From Lytechinus pictus (taxonomy: Eukaryota), in contig NC_087262.1 of the NCBI RefSeq assembly GCF_037042905.1, positions 5,766,001 through 5,830,000 on the forward strand: a stretch of 64,000 nucleotides of DNA, read 5' to 3'. Position numbers and translations under genes: made by a program. Numbering within the stretch: the first letter of the stretch is position 1; each line of letters starts with the position of its first letter. Below, one piece after another: positions 1 to 13,730 of this stretch. The notes under the pieces are model-generated. The model made no database searches. It had not been told where the DNA came from and worked only from the letters and a program-made list of their open reading frames with translations.

Positions 1-368
1 TTTAATTTTTTTTCATTGTAGGAATTTCATATTTTTTGACAGACTGTATTTATAGAGATTATGGCTTGTTATATTATTTTGTAATATTAGAAATATTAAA
101 ATTTTCAATGTCTTGAATCGTAATAACACTTATTTTAGTAATTCTATTTCAGGAGGGCTTCTTCAATACATCTTACATTTCAATTCATTCCATTGGGCGA
201 TTGTTTCATAAATTTCATTGTTTCATAAATTATAGACTTTATGAATGACACAAATATGAAGGAGCAAAATATCAACCCTATTTTTCTCCTGATTTTTAAA
301 ATAATTTTTCTTTCCAATATTTCCATGCTCATAGTGGAAAATTATATTGTGCCATTTTACGGTTTGTG

Positions 369-604
369 CAAAGCAAAAACTGTGGTGTTAATTGGTGTAC
401 AAAGAGGACCACACCAATTATTTTACTCCGTTGTTAAATTGACAGCGTTAATTTAACACCTATAGTTATTACAACACCTTTGGTTGTTACATTTACACCC
501 TTTGGTGTTATGTTCAATCTCTAGGGTGTAATTTTAACACCTCTGGGTGTGGTCCTCTATTAACACCAACTGGTGTCAGTTTTAACACCACAGTTTTTAC
601 AGTG
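369..604. mobile_element. Palindromic MITE (aaaaactgtggtgttaa...ttaacaccacagttttt)
   Basis: Terminal inverted repeats and internal acacc/ggtgt symmetry. Confidence 0.7.
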
Positions 605-1138
605 TGAAAATTGCAAGTAGTGCAAGAGGAAAACTTTCATGTAAAATATAACAAAGAAACAACAGACCTGTTTAACATTTTAAAATCATTTGTGGCTGTG
701 AAGTGGGGCACACACTTTATTTCCAACTTTAATAACTCCAGGCTGCCTGTAGGAATTTGTAAAATAAAATCTTTTGTGACAGTAAAACTGTTTTATTTTC
801 TTGTATGCTTAAAATGAGAAAAACCTGTTGTAGTGGAATGCTTTTCACTGACTTGAGTAGTTAATATACTGACTGATATTAGATTTGGAGTGGAGGGGAG
901 AAATCTTATTGCGTGTCGTAAATTTTCTCGGAGGAAATTGCTGTGACTTTGTATTTGGAATCATTTTCATTACCAACGATGATGAAGCAATTTTCCAACG
1001 TTTAAATAGAAATTGCCATCTTGTCATAAAGGTGGCTTACACAATATTGAAGCAAATGATTTGTGCCGAATGTAATAAAATGCAAAGTCTGCCATTCATA
1101 GTTCAAGCTTTAAATGTTCAGTATTGAAGATGTCTTAA

Positions 1139-3098
1139 AGGTCAAGTCCACTACAGAAAAATGTTGATTTGAATCAATAGAGAAAAATCAAACTAACATA
1201 ACGCTGAAAATTTCATCAAAATCGGATCTAAAATAAACAAGTTATGACAATTTGAAGTTTTGCATATTTCTTATAAAACAGTTATAAAAATGCACAACTC
1301 AGTGATATGCAAATGAAAGATTCAATGATGTCCCTCACTCACTATTTCTTTTGTTTTTTATTGTTTGAATTATACAATATTTCAATGTTTACAGATGTGA
1401 CAATGACAATCAACTTGACTGAACCACAAAAGTTAAAACAATGGTAATTCTACATGGTCAGGAGAAATAAAAATTTTGTTTGACATGATAAGGAGAAAAT
1501 GGAAATTTGTATTTGATATTTCATATAATAAAATACAAATGAAATAGTGAGTGGGTGATGTCATCAGTTCCCTTATTTGCATACTGACTAGGATCTGCAT
1601 ATAATTGGTTTTTGTCTCGCCTGCATAGCAGAGCGAGACTATAGGCGCCGCTTTTCCGACGGCGACGGCGGCGGCGGCGGCGGCGTCAACATCAAATCTT
1701 AACCTAAGGTTAAGTTTTTGAAATGTCATCATAACTTAGAAAGTATATGGACCTAGTTCATGAAACTTGGACATAAGGTTAATCAAGTATTACTGAACAT
1801 CCTACCTCAGTTTCAGGTCACATGACCAAGGTCAAAGGTCATTTAGGGTCAATGAACTTAGACCATGTTGGGAGAATTATTTTAAAAATCTTAACCGAAG
1901 GTTAAGTTTTTGAAATGACATCATAACTTAGAAAGTATATGGACCTAGTTCATGAAACTTGGGCATAAGGTTAATCAAGTATTAGTGAACATCCTGCTTG
2001 AGTTTCAGGTCACGTGACCAAGGTCAAAGGTCATTTAGGGTCAATGAACTTTGGTCAAGGTGGGGGTATTTGTTGAATTACTATCATATCTTTGAAAATT
2101 TATGGATCTAGTTCATGAAACTTGGACATAAGATTAATCAAGTATGAGTGAACATCCTGCCTGAGTTTCAGGTCACATGACGAAGGTCAAAGGTCATTTA
2201 GGGTCAATGAACTTTGGCCAAGTTGGGGGTATTTGTTGAATTACCATCATAACTTTGAAAATTTATGGATCTAGTTCATGAAACTTGGACATTAGGTTAA
2301 TCAAGTACCACTGAATATCCTGTGCGAGTTTCAGGTCACATGACCATGATCAATGGTCATTTAAGGTCAATGAACTTTGGCCGTGTTGGGGGTATTTGTT
2401 AAATTACCATCCTAACTCTGAAAGTTTATAGATCTAGTTCATAAAACTTGGACATAAAAGTAATCAAGTATCACTGAACATCCTGTACGAGTTTCAGGTC
2501 ACATGACCATGGTCAAAGGTCATTAAAGGTCAATGAACTTTGGCCATGTTGGGGGTATTTGTTGAATTACCATCCTAACTCTGAAAGTTTATAGATCTAG
2601 TTCATAAAACTTGGAATATAAGAGTAATCAAGTATCACTGAACATCCCCTGTGAGTTTCAGGTCACAAAACCAAGGTCAAAGGTCAGTTAAGGTCAATAA
2701 ACTTAGGTCATGTTGGGGTAATTGTTGAATTGCCATCATAACTTTGAAAGTTTATGGATAGAGTGAATGAAATGTTGACATGGGTGTAGTTGACAAGTCT
2801 TAAGTCACCGTTCAAATGTCATTTATGGTCAATGAACGTGGTATTATGTCATTATATGAATGGTGTTTTTGTGAATGATTATTTTATTGTAGTTTTCAAA
2901 GTTAGCACTGCTGCTATATTAAATCGCGTAATGCAGGCGAGACTGCCAGAGGCGTTCCACTTGTTTAAGTTAAGCGAAGCTTTAAACTGTCATAACTTTC
3001 TTATTTTACATACAATTTTGATGAAATTTGCAGTGTTGATCTTGTTTGATTTTTCTCTTTTTATTGAAATCAACTTTTTGTTGGGGTTGACTTGTCCA
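1139..3098. mobile_element. TTAA-flanked non-autonomous DNA transposon (Kolobok/T2-like MITE, about 600 bp), split by a 1.35-kb insertion
   Basis: TTAA at 1135-1138 and 3099-3102, AGG terminus, long imperfect TIRs. Homologous to 8544-9143 and 60634-61228. Confidence 0.85.
1610..2964 (+). mobile_element. Helentron-associated/DINE-1/Tsp-like non-autonomous element with internal tandem array
   Basis: 13-bp subterminal inverted repeat gtctcgcctgcat (1614-1626) / atgcaggcgagac (2931-2943), 5' hairpin, (GGC)n microsatellite, about 6 copies of a ~163-bp unit, inserted in a T-run. Confidence 0.8.
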
Positions 3099-4924
3099 TT
3101 AATTTAAGTATTGCAAATATTCTTTTGCAATAATACGAATGCATCATTTGACTATGGAATTGTAATGCTGAATCGTAATGACGCTAGAATTATCTTCCGT
3201 TCACACGGCTTAGGAGGCTTCGCCAATTGTGCGGTTTTACGTTTCGCACTGATAAGAGGACATGTGGCTTTTGAGTAGTCCATCTGTCACTTGTGCATAG
3301 CCAGCCAAGTAGAAAATAGCTTGTTTTTCTGTGGAAGTGGTTGAAAGGTCACCATAAGCTCCGCCCCCAGCATTTCGTTTTGGAGGTCAACGCATTCACA
3401 CGGCTGTTTCACTTGAATATTGTCACTGGAAAACACCTTGATACTGTCATTTGAATTGCGATTGCAAATAACGCTATTTTGCATTTACACGCTCATTCAA
3501 ATGACGAAAAATGCGAGCGTGTGTAGCCCCTCTTGCTTTCACACTGGCAAAAATACATGGCATTTTCTGATAGGGGTAGTTCAGGGTAGATTATCCGATC
3601 AGAGACTGATTTATTTTCAGTTATCAAGTCGGTCTGAAAGCACCCTATGAAATAATTGGTAAATGCAAAGGATTAAAGAAAATTTTTATCTGGATGAGGA
3701 AGCTTGACCATGGTGAAAGTGTTAAGATAAGATGGGAAACATGAAACAAGTAATCAATGATAATCACTGACTATTGTTACAAGCTACTAGAAATCCTTGC
3801 GTGTGATTGGCCGAGATCAAATTAGCCGGTGGAAATCACTGACTAAAACCGTTCGTGAAATGCACCCGTGGTGTCCGAGACTCCTGTCAGTCTGGGCTCC
3901 CTTTCGGGCTCATTAGCCAAACTGTATTCATGCGCATGTATAGCTACTCAATTAGACGTTAAATCATTTGAAAACTACATTAGTTAGGATGTCAGCATCA
4001 ATTCATCTAACATGCATCTTATCAGAAAGTGATATCGGATATCATATGGAATAACTTGTATAATATAAGGCAGTGTTGATGGTATCAGAAAAGTAAAATA
4101 GTTGCGAGTGCATATTTGAGCGATATCCACTGGAATATCGAACTAGGTCCTGCACTTAATATGTACACTGTATAAGGTACATGGATGCATATTTTTTGAC
4201 ATCTTCCAATTAAAAAAGATCAATTCCCAATTTGTACTGTAGGTAGTATGACCTACCGGTAATAAGTTAATATTTTTTTTATAATGCTTATCTTTATTCA
4301 TAATGCATCAAACATTTCATAGGATGGAATTTAAGTACAGAAATAGCATAATCATTGGAATACCGCAATATTGTTGTTTTGCTCAATTCAGTGCCACTGG
4401 TTTAATTATTTAAACTGCAATGTTAATTTTAAATGATATATATTTTTGGGTATTTCTATACCTTAATATATTATGAGCGCTATTAAGTGAGCACTAATTA
4501 TTAAGCAAGACACAAGTTCAAAATGGGAATGTGCATGTCTTGATTGGCGTTCTCACTTTGCAGTCAAGAACTGTTAAGCGTGTATTTCAGACGTATCCCT
4601 GTGAAGCGTCCTTTGTACATGTATATTACGCTAATTTTACTTGGAAATTGTACATGTAAACGGTATCAGGTTTTCTGAGCATACTCATGAGATAAAATAT
4701 TCTTTTTGATACATGTAGATCAGATTGGTATTTAGGCCTGCATGTATTTGTATTAATTATGACTGTGTCCATATCTACCCTAGATGTGTATGTGTAAATA
4801 TATGTTAGGGTGGGGGGGGGGGGGATGCGTGTGAGTATGTACATGTGGTTAGATTGAGTATAGATAAGTATCGTAATCGGTAGCTGCATTGCCATCCATT
4901 TTGTTTAACATCACTTATTTTGGC

Positions 4925-6696
4925 TAAGCCCGAGTCAAATCGATTTAAAAATCGGTGTTCGATCGATGTCATCGAACTCCGGTGCAGATTTTGCAAAATC
5001 GGTGCATCGAAAAAAAAAAAAAAATACGTCGGTTGGCCGATTCATTTGGTTCACACAATCAAACATCAAAATAAACAGTAATATCCAACTTGACTACTAC
5101 TTACTTTATTTATATTTCCCCCAAAATGAAACCGATTGTGTAATTATGATGCCTATTCACCATTAATTTGAAGTTTATTTCGATCATAGTTCGAGTCTTA
5201 CTCGTCTGCCCGGCTCGTCTGCTCGAGATAATTTATGCACGATGAATTTATGAATGGAAGTCGCCATTCATCGTGCATGCGCAGTACTGTGCTTTAATCA
5301 AATCAGAAAATGGCCGGAAATTGATGCGATCAACGTAAAGTAAATCTTGCTTTTTATGAACAATATTAATATCATGACCATATACATGATTTAATCGTAA
5401 TATTTAACAATAATTTGCATATGATAATCATTAATATGAATTTAGAGCTTGATGTGAAACGTTTGTATTTCGTTTCAATTTTCAATGGTGGACATCACAT
5501 GACGATCGACTTGAGTGAGTGCACTTGTCTAAAAAATAATTATCACGTCAGGATTGATTATCGAACATTGTCAACATGTAGAAACTCTTTTGAAGATCGT
5601 AATATCACCATATGATAATATTTTACATGACAAAACAGAAAAATTACGTTTGATTTTTTATCCATCAATTTGAAGCTTGTTTGTGCCGTTGGGCTCTGAT
5701 TTCATGAATGGAAAATATGTCAGACGTCATCGAACGCGCATGCTTATTGTGCTTCTTTTCTCGGAGCTCGGAGACGTCCAGAGATGGAATAAAAAATGCC
5801 AGTATAATACTATTAATTGTTCCATATGAACATAACATACTTTGTTGACATCGTCAATATTTTTAGTATGGCCATAAAATCTTATTAAATCGTAATTATT
5901 TAACATCCAATAATAATTTATATGAATTTAGTGCTTGATCCGAGACATTCGTATTTACATGTATTTCGATCACAAGCTCTTGTGTCTAAAAAAATGGATT
6001 ATCAGCATTATCAGGATTAAGTTTCGAACATCGTCAGAACTCATATTCCACAATCTTTCCTCACAATCGTTATATCAGCATTGAATACCAATTTAAATGA
6101 CCATCCAGAGAAAATTACGTATTTATTCCCATCAATTTATTTGGAGCTAATTTTGGATCCAACTACACAATCTCAGGCAAGTTACAGTGCTCTCCCCGCT
6201 GTTTGCACTTATTAGATGGCGCTGGCAAGCACGCCTGTCGTTTCGGGAGAGTGAGTGTACGGGGCTGCGGATGGGGCTGGTATGTGCGAGTTTGGACTGC
6301 GAATGCTAGTTGACCGAAAATTATTCGGATCGACTCTGCGTGATTCATGTCTTTAAAATTGTTTCATTTTAAACTTACATGTTATCATCTGCAAATATCA
6401 TTGTTGAAGATATTTTGGGAAGAATTCTGCATTGCTCCCCGGCCTTTTTTGTGTTTTGTGATCATGGAAAATACAAACGAACTTTGCTCTGTCATTTGCT
6501 TTTGCAACGCTCACCCGGCGCGGCCAGCGCAGACCGTCAGTGCATGTAGTGCATGCATAGCGCATGCATCGACGGCCGGCCGGAGCAAAAAAAAAGACTC
6601 GATATTCCCCGCCTTCAAATTTCGATGCATCGATGTTCGATCGAATTAAAGCTGTCGAACACCGGTTTTCAAAATAATCGATATGACTCAGGCTTA
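4925..6696 (+). mobile_element. Non-autonomous hAT-like DNA transposon, copy 1 (1772 bp)
   Basis: TIRs taagcc(c/t)gagtca...tgactcaggctta. 8-bp TSD attttggc at 4917-4924 and 6697-6704. No transposase ORF. Confidence 0.92.
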
Positions 6697-7354
6697 ATTT
6701 TGGCATCTTATTTTAAACATATTTTACTTTGATTTTATGAATAATGAACCTACCCAACTCTGTATTTTATTCTGTAACATTTTGAGTACATAATTAGTGT
6801 ATATTAGTTTGTAGTTTAAGTTTGCTCTCTTTGTATGTATTTGTATATTTACTTTGTATTTTAAAGGGCCTCAATGAAAACCAGAGTTTGAACTGATTGG
6901 GCTACCTTTTTAATATGTGAAATGAATAAATAAATAGATAAATTAATAAATAAATATAAATGAATGAATGAAACAAACTCAGGTTAAGTTCAAATTTAAT
7001 GAAAGGAGAATATTCAAACCCTCATGACGGCAATGAATGATGGGAAATGTTTCTCCAACCAAAGGCATATGTGTGTATGTGTGTGTACATGTAGTGCATT
7101 ATAGTTTAATAGACAGGTCAAATAGCAATATTTCTCTTCCCCAGCAAAGGTGAATAATTTATGCTTGTCCGACCCTTTCTCTCTCTCTCAAATGGGCTTG
7201 CATGCCAGCGTATGGCTCTGCGCGTTGGGATGGGTTGATCAATGCATGAGCGCACACGAGAGGTCTTTCTCCCCTCACCACTAATCGCATCCATTATTCA
7301 GAGTCAAGGCTGCTCCTCGCCGTGTGGGATAGTGCAGGGAGGGGGGTGGGGGGG

Positions 7355-8290
7355 GGGGATCTGCTGCCCCCATTCTTGAGGTAGTTTTCCCTTTGGCCCT
7401 TTCCCCTATCCATCCTGGTCCACCGTATTCCAATCATCTATGATTGATAGTTTAGGCCGTGCACCTCTCTAAAGAGGGTCCGTAGGGGACCTGCTGCCCC
7501 ATTCTCAATTTAGCTTACCCCTTACCCATCCAGCTCGTTCCATCCTATTCCAGTCATCCATGATCGATTCTTTCCATGATTGATAGTTTTGGCTGCACCT
7601 CTGTAAAAAGGGTCTATGTATGGGGAGTGTGTTAAGGCTTGTTCTCAAGGTAGTTTTCCCCTTTCCCAATGCATCTAACCCTGGTCCACCGTATTCCAAT
7701 CATCCATGATAGATAGTTAAGGCTGTGCGCCTCTCTGAAGAGGGTCAGTAGGGGACCTGCTGCCCCATTCTCAAGCTAGCTTACCCATTGCCCCAACCAA
7801 CCTGTTCCCTCATATTCCAGTCATCCATGATCGATTCTTTCCATTTTGGCTGCACCTCTGTTGAAAAAGGGTCTATGGGGAGTCTGTTTATACCCCGTTC
7901 TTAAGCTAGCTTACCCCTTGCCCAATCCAACCCGTTCCATCCTATTCCAGTCATCCATGATTGATAGTTAAGGCTGTGCACCTCTCTGAAGAGGGTCCGT
8001 AGGGGACCTGCTGCCCCGTTCTCAAGCTAGCTTACCCCTTGCCCCATTCAACCTGTTCCCCCTATTCCAATCATCCATGATCGATTCTTTCCATGATTGA
8101 TAGTTTTGGCTGCACCTCTGTTAAAAAAGGATCTATGGGGGAGGATGTTACCCCATTCTTAAGCTAGCTTACCCCTTGCCTCATTCCACCCATTCCACCC
8201 GCTTTTTCAATCATCCATGATCAATTCCTTCCACGATTGATAGTTTTGGCTACACCTCAGTATACATGGTCCATTGGGAGTCTACTACCC
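7355..8290. repeat. Tandem repeat, ~130-bp monomers alternating as a ~260-bp dimer
   Basis: Recurrent tattcca(a/g)tcatccatgat and tagcttacccc blocks, about 7 monomers. Confidence 0.9.
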
Positions 8291-8543
8291 CCCCCCTCTT
8301 GAAGCAAAAGCCCCTCGCTGTTTCCATCCCACCCACCCCTTAATACCCGAGCCAACCCCACCTGCCCCAATCATTACTTTCAAATAAGAGGGTGCATAGG
8401 GACTCCTTCTCCAAGCCTTGCCCCACCCACCTTTAAGACCATCCATCATTTCAAGTCGAGGGTCATTGGAGAATGTATAGGAACTCCCTCCCCTCCCTTG
8501 TGTTGACTGTAATGTCCCTTCTGAATCTGGAGAGATAACTTAA

Positions 8544-9143
8544 AGGTCAAGTCCACCCCAGAAAAATGTTGATTTGAATAAATAGAGAAAAATCAAACTA
8601 GAATAACGCTGAAAATTTCATAAAAATCGGATGTAAAATAAGAAAGTTATAACATTTTATACTTTCGATTATTTTTTCACAAAACAGTGACATGCACAAC
8701 TCAGTCACATGCAAATGAGACAGTCGATGATGTCCCTCACTATTTCTTTTGTTTTTTATTGTCTGAATTATACAATATTTCATTTCTTACAGATTTGACA
8801 ATAATGACCAACTTGACTGAACCATATAGTATTAAAACATTGCTAATTCCACTGTTCAGGGAGGATTCAATCCTTGTTTCACCTGACAGATAGGAGAGAA
8901 TTAAAATATTTCATGCTTCATATAATAAAATACAAAAGAATTAGTGAGTGGATGACGTCATCAGTCTCCTCATTTGCATACCGACCAGGATGTGCATATT
9001 ACTGTTTTGCGAAATTAAGCGAAACTTTAAAGTTTAATAACTTTCTTACTTTACATCCGATTTTGATGAAATTTTCGGTGTTATGCTTGTTGGATTTTTC
9101 TCTTTTTATTCAGATCACCCTTTTGTTAGGATGGACTGTTTCT
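8544..9143. mobile_element. Kolobok/T2-like MITE, uninterrupted copy
   Basis: TTAA flanks and long TIRs; same family as 1139-3098. Confidence 0.88.
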
Positions 9144-9828
9144 TTAAGAATGCATTAAGACTCTACAACCCAGCCCATCTAATGTTTTTTTGAATTTATT
9201 TATTTTATTTATTTATTTATTCATTTATTTTTATTTTATTTTATTATTTTTTTGGGGGGTATAGTGATGAATGGTTTTTGGTAGTAGGGGTAGATGGTTG
9301 TATGAACTGCTCATTTATCCAAGATGTTGAAGCCCCTGGTTTACCCCACTCCAGCAACCAATGAAAGGTTTTACACATAAAACCGTTTGCCAGTGCATCA
9401 GGGGAGTCTGATTCTCTCTATAATCCTTCCACCACCCAATCTCACTTCCAGTAGTCTCATCCATATCAAAGCCAAACCTCGGTCCGCTGTTGTTTAAACC
9501 AGTATTCTTTTAGACCCTCTTGAATTCAGAACATGAAATAATCCTTGGCCATCGAGGGCCATGACTGTGGATAGCCTATTGACTGGCCCCAATGCCTGTC
9601 CCATTGGTTTTGGAGTGCCTTGTTTCTTTTCCCCTTTTGTGCTCTAGTATAGAAATGTGCCCTGAATAAAAGCGACCTTGCCCTTGAAGGACATAAAAAT
9701 TGATTAAGGCCTGCAAATTCAGTCATCAGTCCTGTGCATCTTCTGTAGATGCATGTAAGTGGACCAATGATAGTATGTCACTTCATATTTGACATGACCC
9801 TTGACCAAATTGAGAGATTGAGACCTCC

Positions 9829-10015
9829 GGTGGATGTTCCACAAAGCTGTTCGTAAATTAATAGTGACTTTAAGAACGACTGGTGAACCTTTCCTACATG
9901 CTAAATAATCCCCAATGAACATTTTATGGTGAATATCGTTAACCACAAGAAAGGATCACCAGTCGCTCTTAAAGTCACGCTTAACATACGAACAGCTTTA
10001 TGAAACAGGGGCCCC
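9829..10015. mobile_element. ~175-bp palindromic MITE family B (also ~25676-25824, 35446-35614, ~47465-47797, 47931-48384, 57297-57475, 61472-61652)
   Basis: Long TIR gtttcataaagctgttcgtaagttaagagcgactttaagaacgactggtga recurring across the window. Confidence 0.88.
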
Positions 10016-12062
10016 TGATCTTCACTACATCTTGCAAGGGGTTTCCTCCAATCTTATCCCATTGCCTTATTCAAAGAAGTTAAATGCAAATGAACAAGAT
10101 GGGAGAGGCATTATGAATAAAGCCTTTTATAATCGTCCCAGGGTTTGGAGTTGACTGTCTCATTTATTATTCACGTCAACGCCTGTCAGTTGCGGTGTGT
10201 CAATGTGATTCGTTTGTTTGTGCCTCGCTTTTCTGATGATAACGTGGGAAATCCCCTTTCTTCTGCACAGTGTGCTTACACTTAACAGTATTGATACTTT
10301 ACTTCTTATCACTTTATCCAGGAATATATATCTTCTTTTCATTTCCAAAGTGACAGATGTATTCATCCCTTCTTTGAAAAATGTATAAAGTTTGGCAAGC
10401 CTTCAGTCAAAATTATGCCTTGGGTAATACTAATAGGCTTGTTCTGCCTTTTGGTTACATTGACCGGGTGGCTGTTTCATTGAGCAATATTTTCAGAAAT
10501 TTCTACTGACTGATTTGCTTTGAGCCAATCAGATGCAAGGATTTCAGTAGCTTATAACAGGTGTTGGGTGAAAATCACTGAGTCTAGATGTTACATGAAC
10601 CAAAGACACTTTACTGCCAAAGTCTTCAGTTTGATTGTCTTACTCTGATTTTCTTTGAAAACTTTAGGGCAGGGATTTGCCTCCTTTCTGATTAACCACT
10701 GTCCAGTGCCCATTCATGAATATATCTAATGATATTTCCAACAAACTCTACAGAATTGGAATTATGCCCAGGTTTACTTAGTTGTCTGTCTTGTTTTTGT
10801 ATCTAATGAATATATTTGTGATGGCAATAAACAAAAATTGTGGAAAAAGTAAAAAAGTGTAATGATCCGCCTTGTGAAAATATGTTCAGGTTTTTTTTTT
10901 CATAGAAAATAGTGAAATGTACTTCATAAATCATATCCATTTATTTTTCAAGCATTTTGCTATTTTGTGTTAATACTGTTTGTGAATTGGGTCTAATATG
11001 GATCCATTCTGTATAGAGGGTATAGGAAGGTCGAATTGTGTTTCAGATATCTTTTTTTATATCTCTCTGCGTTGAATAGTATTTAATTCAACTTTATATT
11101 CATTCAACTTCATAGAAATATATCTCACTTGCGAAAACTCTATTAGTCTGATAATTTGTCATCCTCCCATCCATACATTTTCTTCTCTCATTTTCATCTT
11201 ACATTCCTTTGTCTTCTGCACATTCACTTTGATATGCCCCCCTCCTATCGATTCCAAGCAAAGGGCATTATATCGTAGTTCTTTTCAGCTTTGCATCGAA
11301 GGACAGGGTATTGAAAGTAAGATTTTTCTATGGAAATCCAAATCATGTAAAATCGAGGCATCTTATGGGTGGGGGGTGGGAAACGCAATACGGAGATGCC
11401 AAGGTCTGGTTGTGAATGAGCAATATTAGACAATTTTATGCTCGCCAAGATTGGATATGCTTGCATTTGTATGTATGGGGAGCCAATTGATCGATTGGAT
11501 TGAATTTAAACTGTTTCTTTGACTTTCTTCTCGAAGCTAGCAGGTGTTCGCAGAGGGGTAACTGTAACATAACTGTTAGAAGTGGGAGTATAGAAGTCAC
11601 TCTGTAGAATGTATGAATTTAACAAGTTGCACCTGTTGAAACCTGTGCAAATACAACTTCTTTGGAAATGCCAATGATTGTACCATTTACTGTGATCAAT
11701 GAAGTATTGTTTGTGATTGTGGTATTGAAAACCAGTGCAACGTTGCCTTCTGACATGAATGATAAATTGGAGATTAAAAGAATAATTTCTTTATGTTGCA
11801 AGATTTCCTATAACATGTACATGTATATGCTGATTAAAAGTTGATGTAAAGATTTTCCCAATATGAAGCAAAATGTATTTTTAATTATTTCTTTGTTTTT
11901 GATTAATCTCATTTGTTTATTGTATTCACAATATATACATTGTAATATTCTGCCCCCAAATAAAAAAAGGGGGGATTTATTAATAATAATCCTTCATGAT
12001 ATTTGTTGACTGCTTGCTTAATAATATATTTACACAAACATTTTCCTTTTTTTAACCTGCAG

Positions 12063-12174
12063 TGTGTGCTATATCTGTGGAGTTTGAAGATATTGTGTCC
12101 AAAAACGCTGTTCATGTTACGAGGAAACCACGAGTGCCGGCACCTCACAGAATACTTCACATTTAAAACAGAGT
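12063..12174 (+). CDS. PPP3CA: Calcineurin A catalytic subunit exon ([37 protein letters not shown]), 112 nt
   Basis: Polypyrimidine tract plus cag acceptor and gtaagt donor. Contains the PPP-family RGNHE motif and the calcineurin-type [11 protein letters not shown]. The symbol denotes the PPP3CA/B/C family; an invertebrate co-ortholog is likely. Confidence 0.97.
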
Positions 12175-12216
12175 GTAAGTATACATATTCTTTCCTAAGT
12201 TACCGAAACAGGCTTG

Positions 12217-12428
12217 GGATGTTTCACTAAGATTTAAGTATGACTTAAGTCGCACTTAAATGCCGACGCGTACATGATATGCAACTCGCAGTCTTATTGA
12301 TCAATACGCAGTAGTGCGTGTCCTCTTGGCATGATCTGACCAATGCAGTCATGCCTTTTATACTGCACGCAACTAGGCATTTATTAAAGTGTGACTCTAA
12401 GTCATACTTGAATCTTTGTGAAACACCC
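12217..12428. mobile_element. MITE family E (also ~25450-25640 and 45635-45983)
   Basis: TIR gtttcac.aagatttaagtatgactta / taagtcatacttgaatctttgtgaaac. Confidence 0.8.
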
Positions 12429-12642
12429 ACCTGGCTTTGGATGTTTCCTAAGTTTAATAGAGAAACAGATTTATTAGTGAAAAATTAAATATTACTTTGA
12501 ATATATTGTGAGTGTTTTTTTTTTGTAAAATGGGATGCGTGTACCGGGGACTTGCACATGATTTTTAGACTTATATGCGTTTATGCAGCTCTTTTTGCAA
12601 CAGGCCCCATATCAGTCTCGGGTAGATATGAAGTTATACCTG

Positions 12643-12771
12643 GGGCCTATAACACAAAGCTTAGTTGTGGTCGTAGAACATTTTTCTACGATTGATTCCA
12701 TTGACTACAGTGCACAATCAATCGTGAAAATCAAGCGTACGATTAATCGCTAACCTTTGTGTTACGGGACC
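12643..12771. mobile_element. MITE family D (also 20463-20620, 45325-45464, 63250-63358)
   Basis: TIR ggg...taacacaaag / ctttgtgttacggg with ctg flanks. PIF/Harbinger-like assignment is inference. Confidence 0.78.
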
Positions 12772-13519
12772 CTGGGAGGTGTTTCACGAAACAAATAGGG
12801 AGATAACCTCGGCCAATCAGATGGAAGGATTTGCAATAGCTTATGAAATCACAGATTATTCATTTCATGACATATGCCCTTATAGTTATACATGCAGTTC
12901 ATGGGAGGGATATGCATGAAGTATCAAGTTGAATTGAATGATAGCCCATTACCTACCAGAATAGGAAGGTCCTTGTACAAAGCCTAGATGGGGATTGCTG
13001 AATCAAGTAGTAAATGGATTTAAGAAAAATACAGTAATTTAAATTCACATCCTCATACATGTGATAAGGTTCTCAGATAATAATGGAACCTCATACTTGA
13101 GAAAAGAGAAGATAGCTTGTAAATGTATTCATAATTTATCGAACCCTTTAGTGCCTTAATGGTCTGTTGACAGGTTTGCGTAAAAGTATTAGTAACGGTG
13201 TTGAATATTGACGCAAAGAAGAGCGTTCATTGTGGTAGTTTAGAAGACTCTGAGAAACAAAGGGAGAGTTCCAGGGATTGCATTTCCCTGCAGTTATCGT
13301 CTTCCCGCCACCTACACGTAGGTGTGATCTTTCCTTGTAGAGCAATTGTCTTGAAAAATATATGAGCATGCTACATGAATATTTGACAAGGAAACTTAAC
13401 ATGCCAGGGTTGTGAGTTTTCAGACAGAATCAAGAATTCAGTCCCTGGTAGTTTTGTTTCCAGGTTGTAGTTCAGGCTTGTTTTATCCTGTTTGTACAGC
13501 CCAATGCTGTACTCTTAAG

Positions 13520-13715
13520 GAGGCGCAATAGCTCAGTCGGTAGAGCGGGGTTTCAGATTCCGGTGACCCGGGTTCGATTCCCACTTGGTGCGCTAGTGCC
13601 CTTTGGTAAGGCATTATTCCTCATTACCAGTCCCTCCGAGAGGACCTTAAACCGTCATTACTCTGGTTGCTTGCTTGCTTACAAGCATCCATGCTTTCTT
13701 AGCAATCGGGTAAAA
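13520..13715 (+). mobile_element. tRNA-derived SINE
   Basis: Pol III A box tagctcagtcgg and B box ggttcgattcc, followed by a non-tRNA body. No cloverleaf. Confidence 0.8.
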
Positions 13716-13730
13716 AATCACCACCACTAT

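Noticed and set aside
6205-6226. AGATGGCGCTG CTCF-like motif, convergent between the two hAT copies
   Set aside because: Only the 3' half of the CTCF consensus matches; not supportable without ChIP.
6163-6706. ORFs duplicated at 29863-30590
   Set aside because: Chance ORFs inside the two non-autonomous transposon copies; no transposase motifs, and frames differ between copies.
1-12062. Upstream calcineurin exon with GDIHG/GDYVDRG motifs
   Set aside because: Not found by eye or in the ORF track; presumed to lie 5' of the window.
13520-13595. tRNA-like sequence
   Set aside because: Has A and B boxes but no proper acceptor or anticodon stems, and continues into a SINE body.
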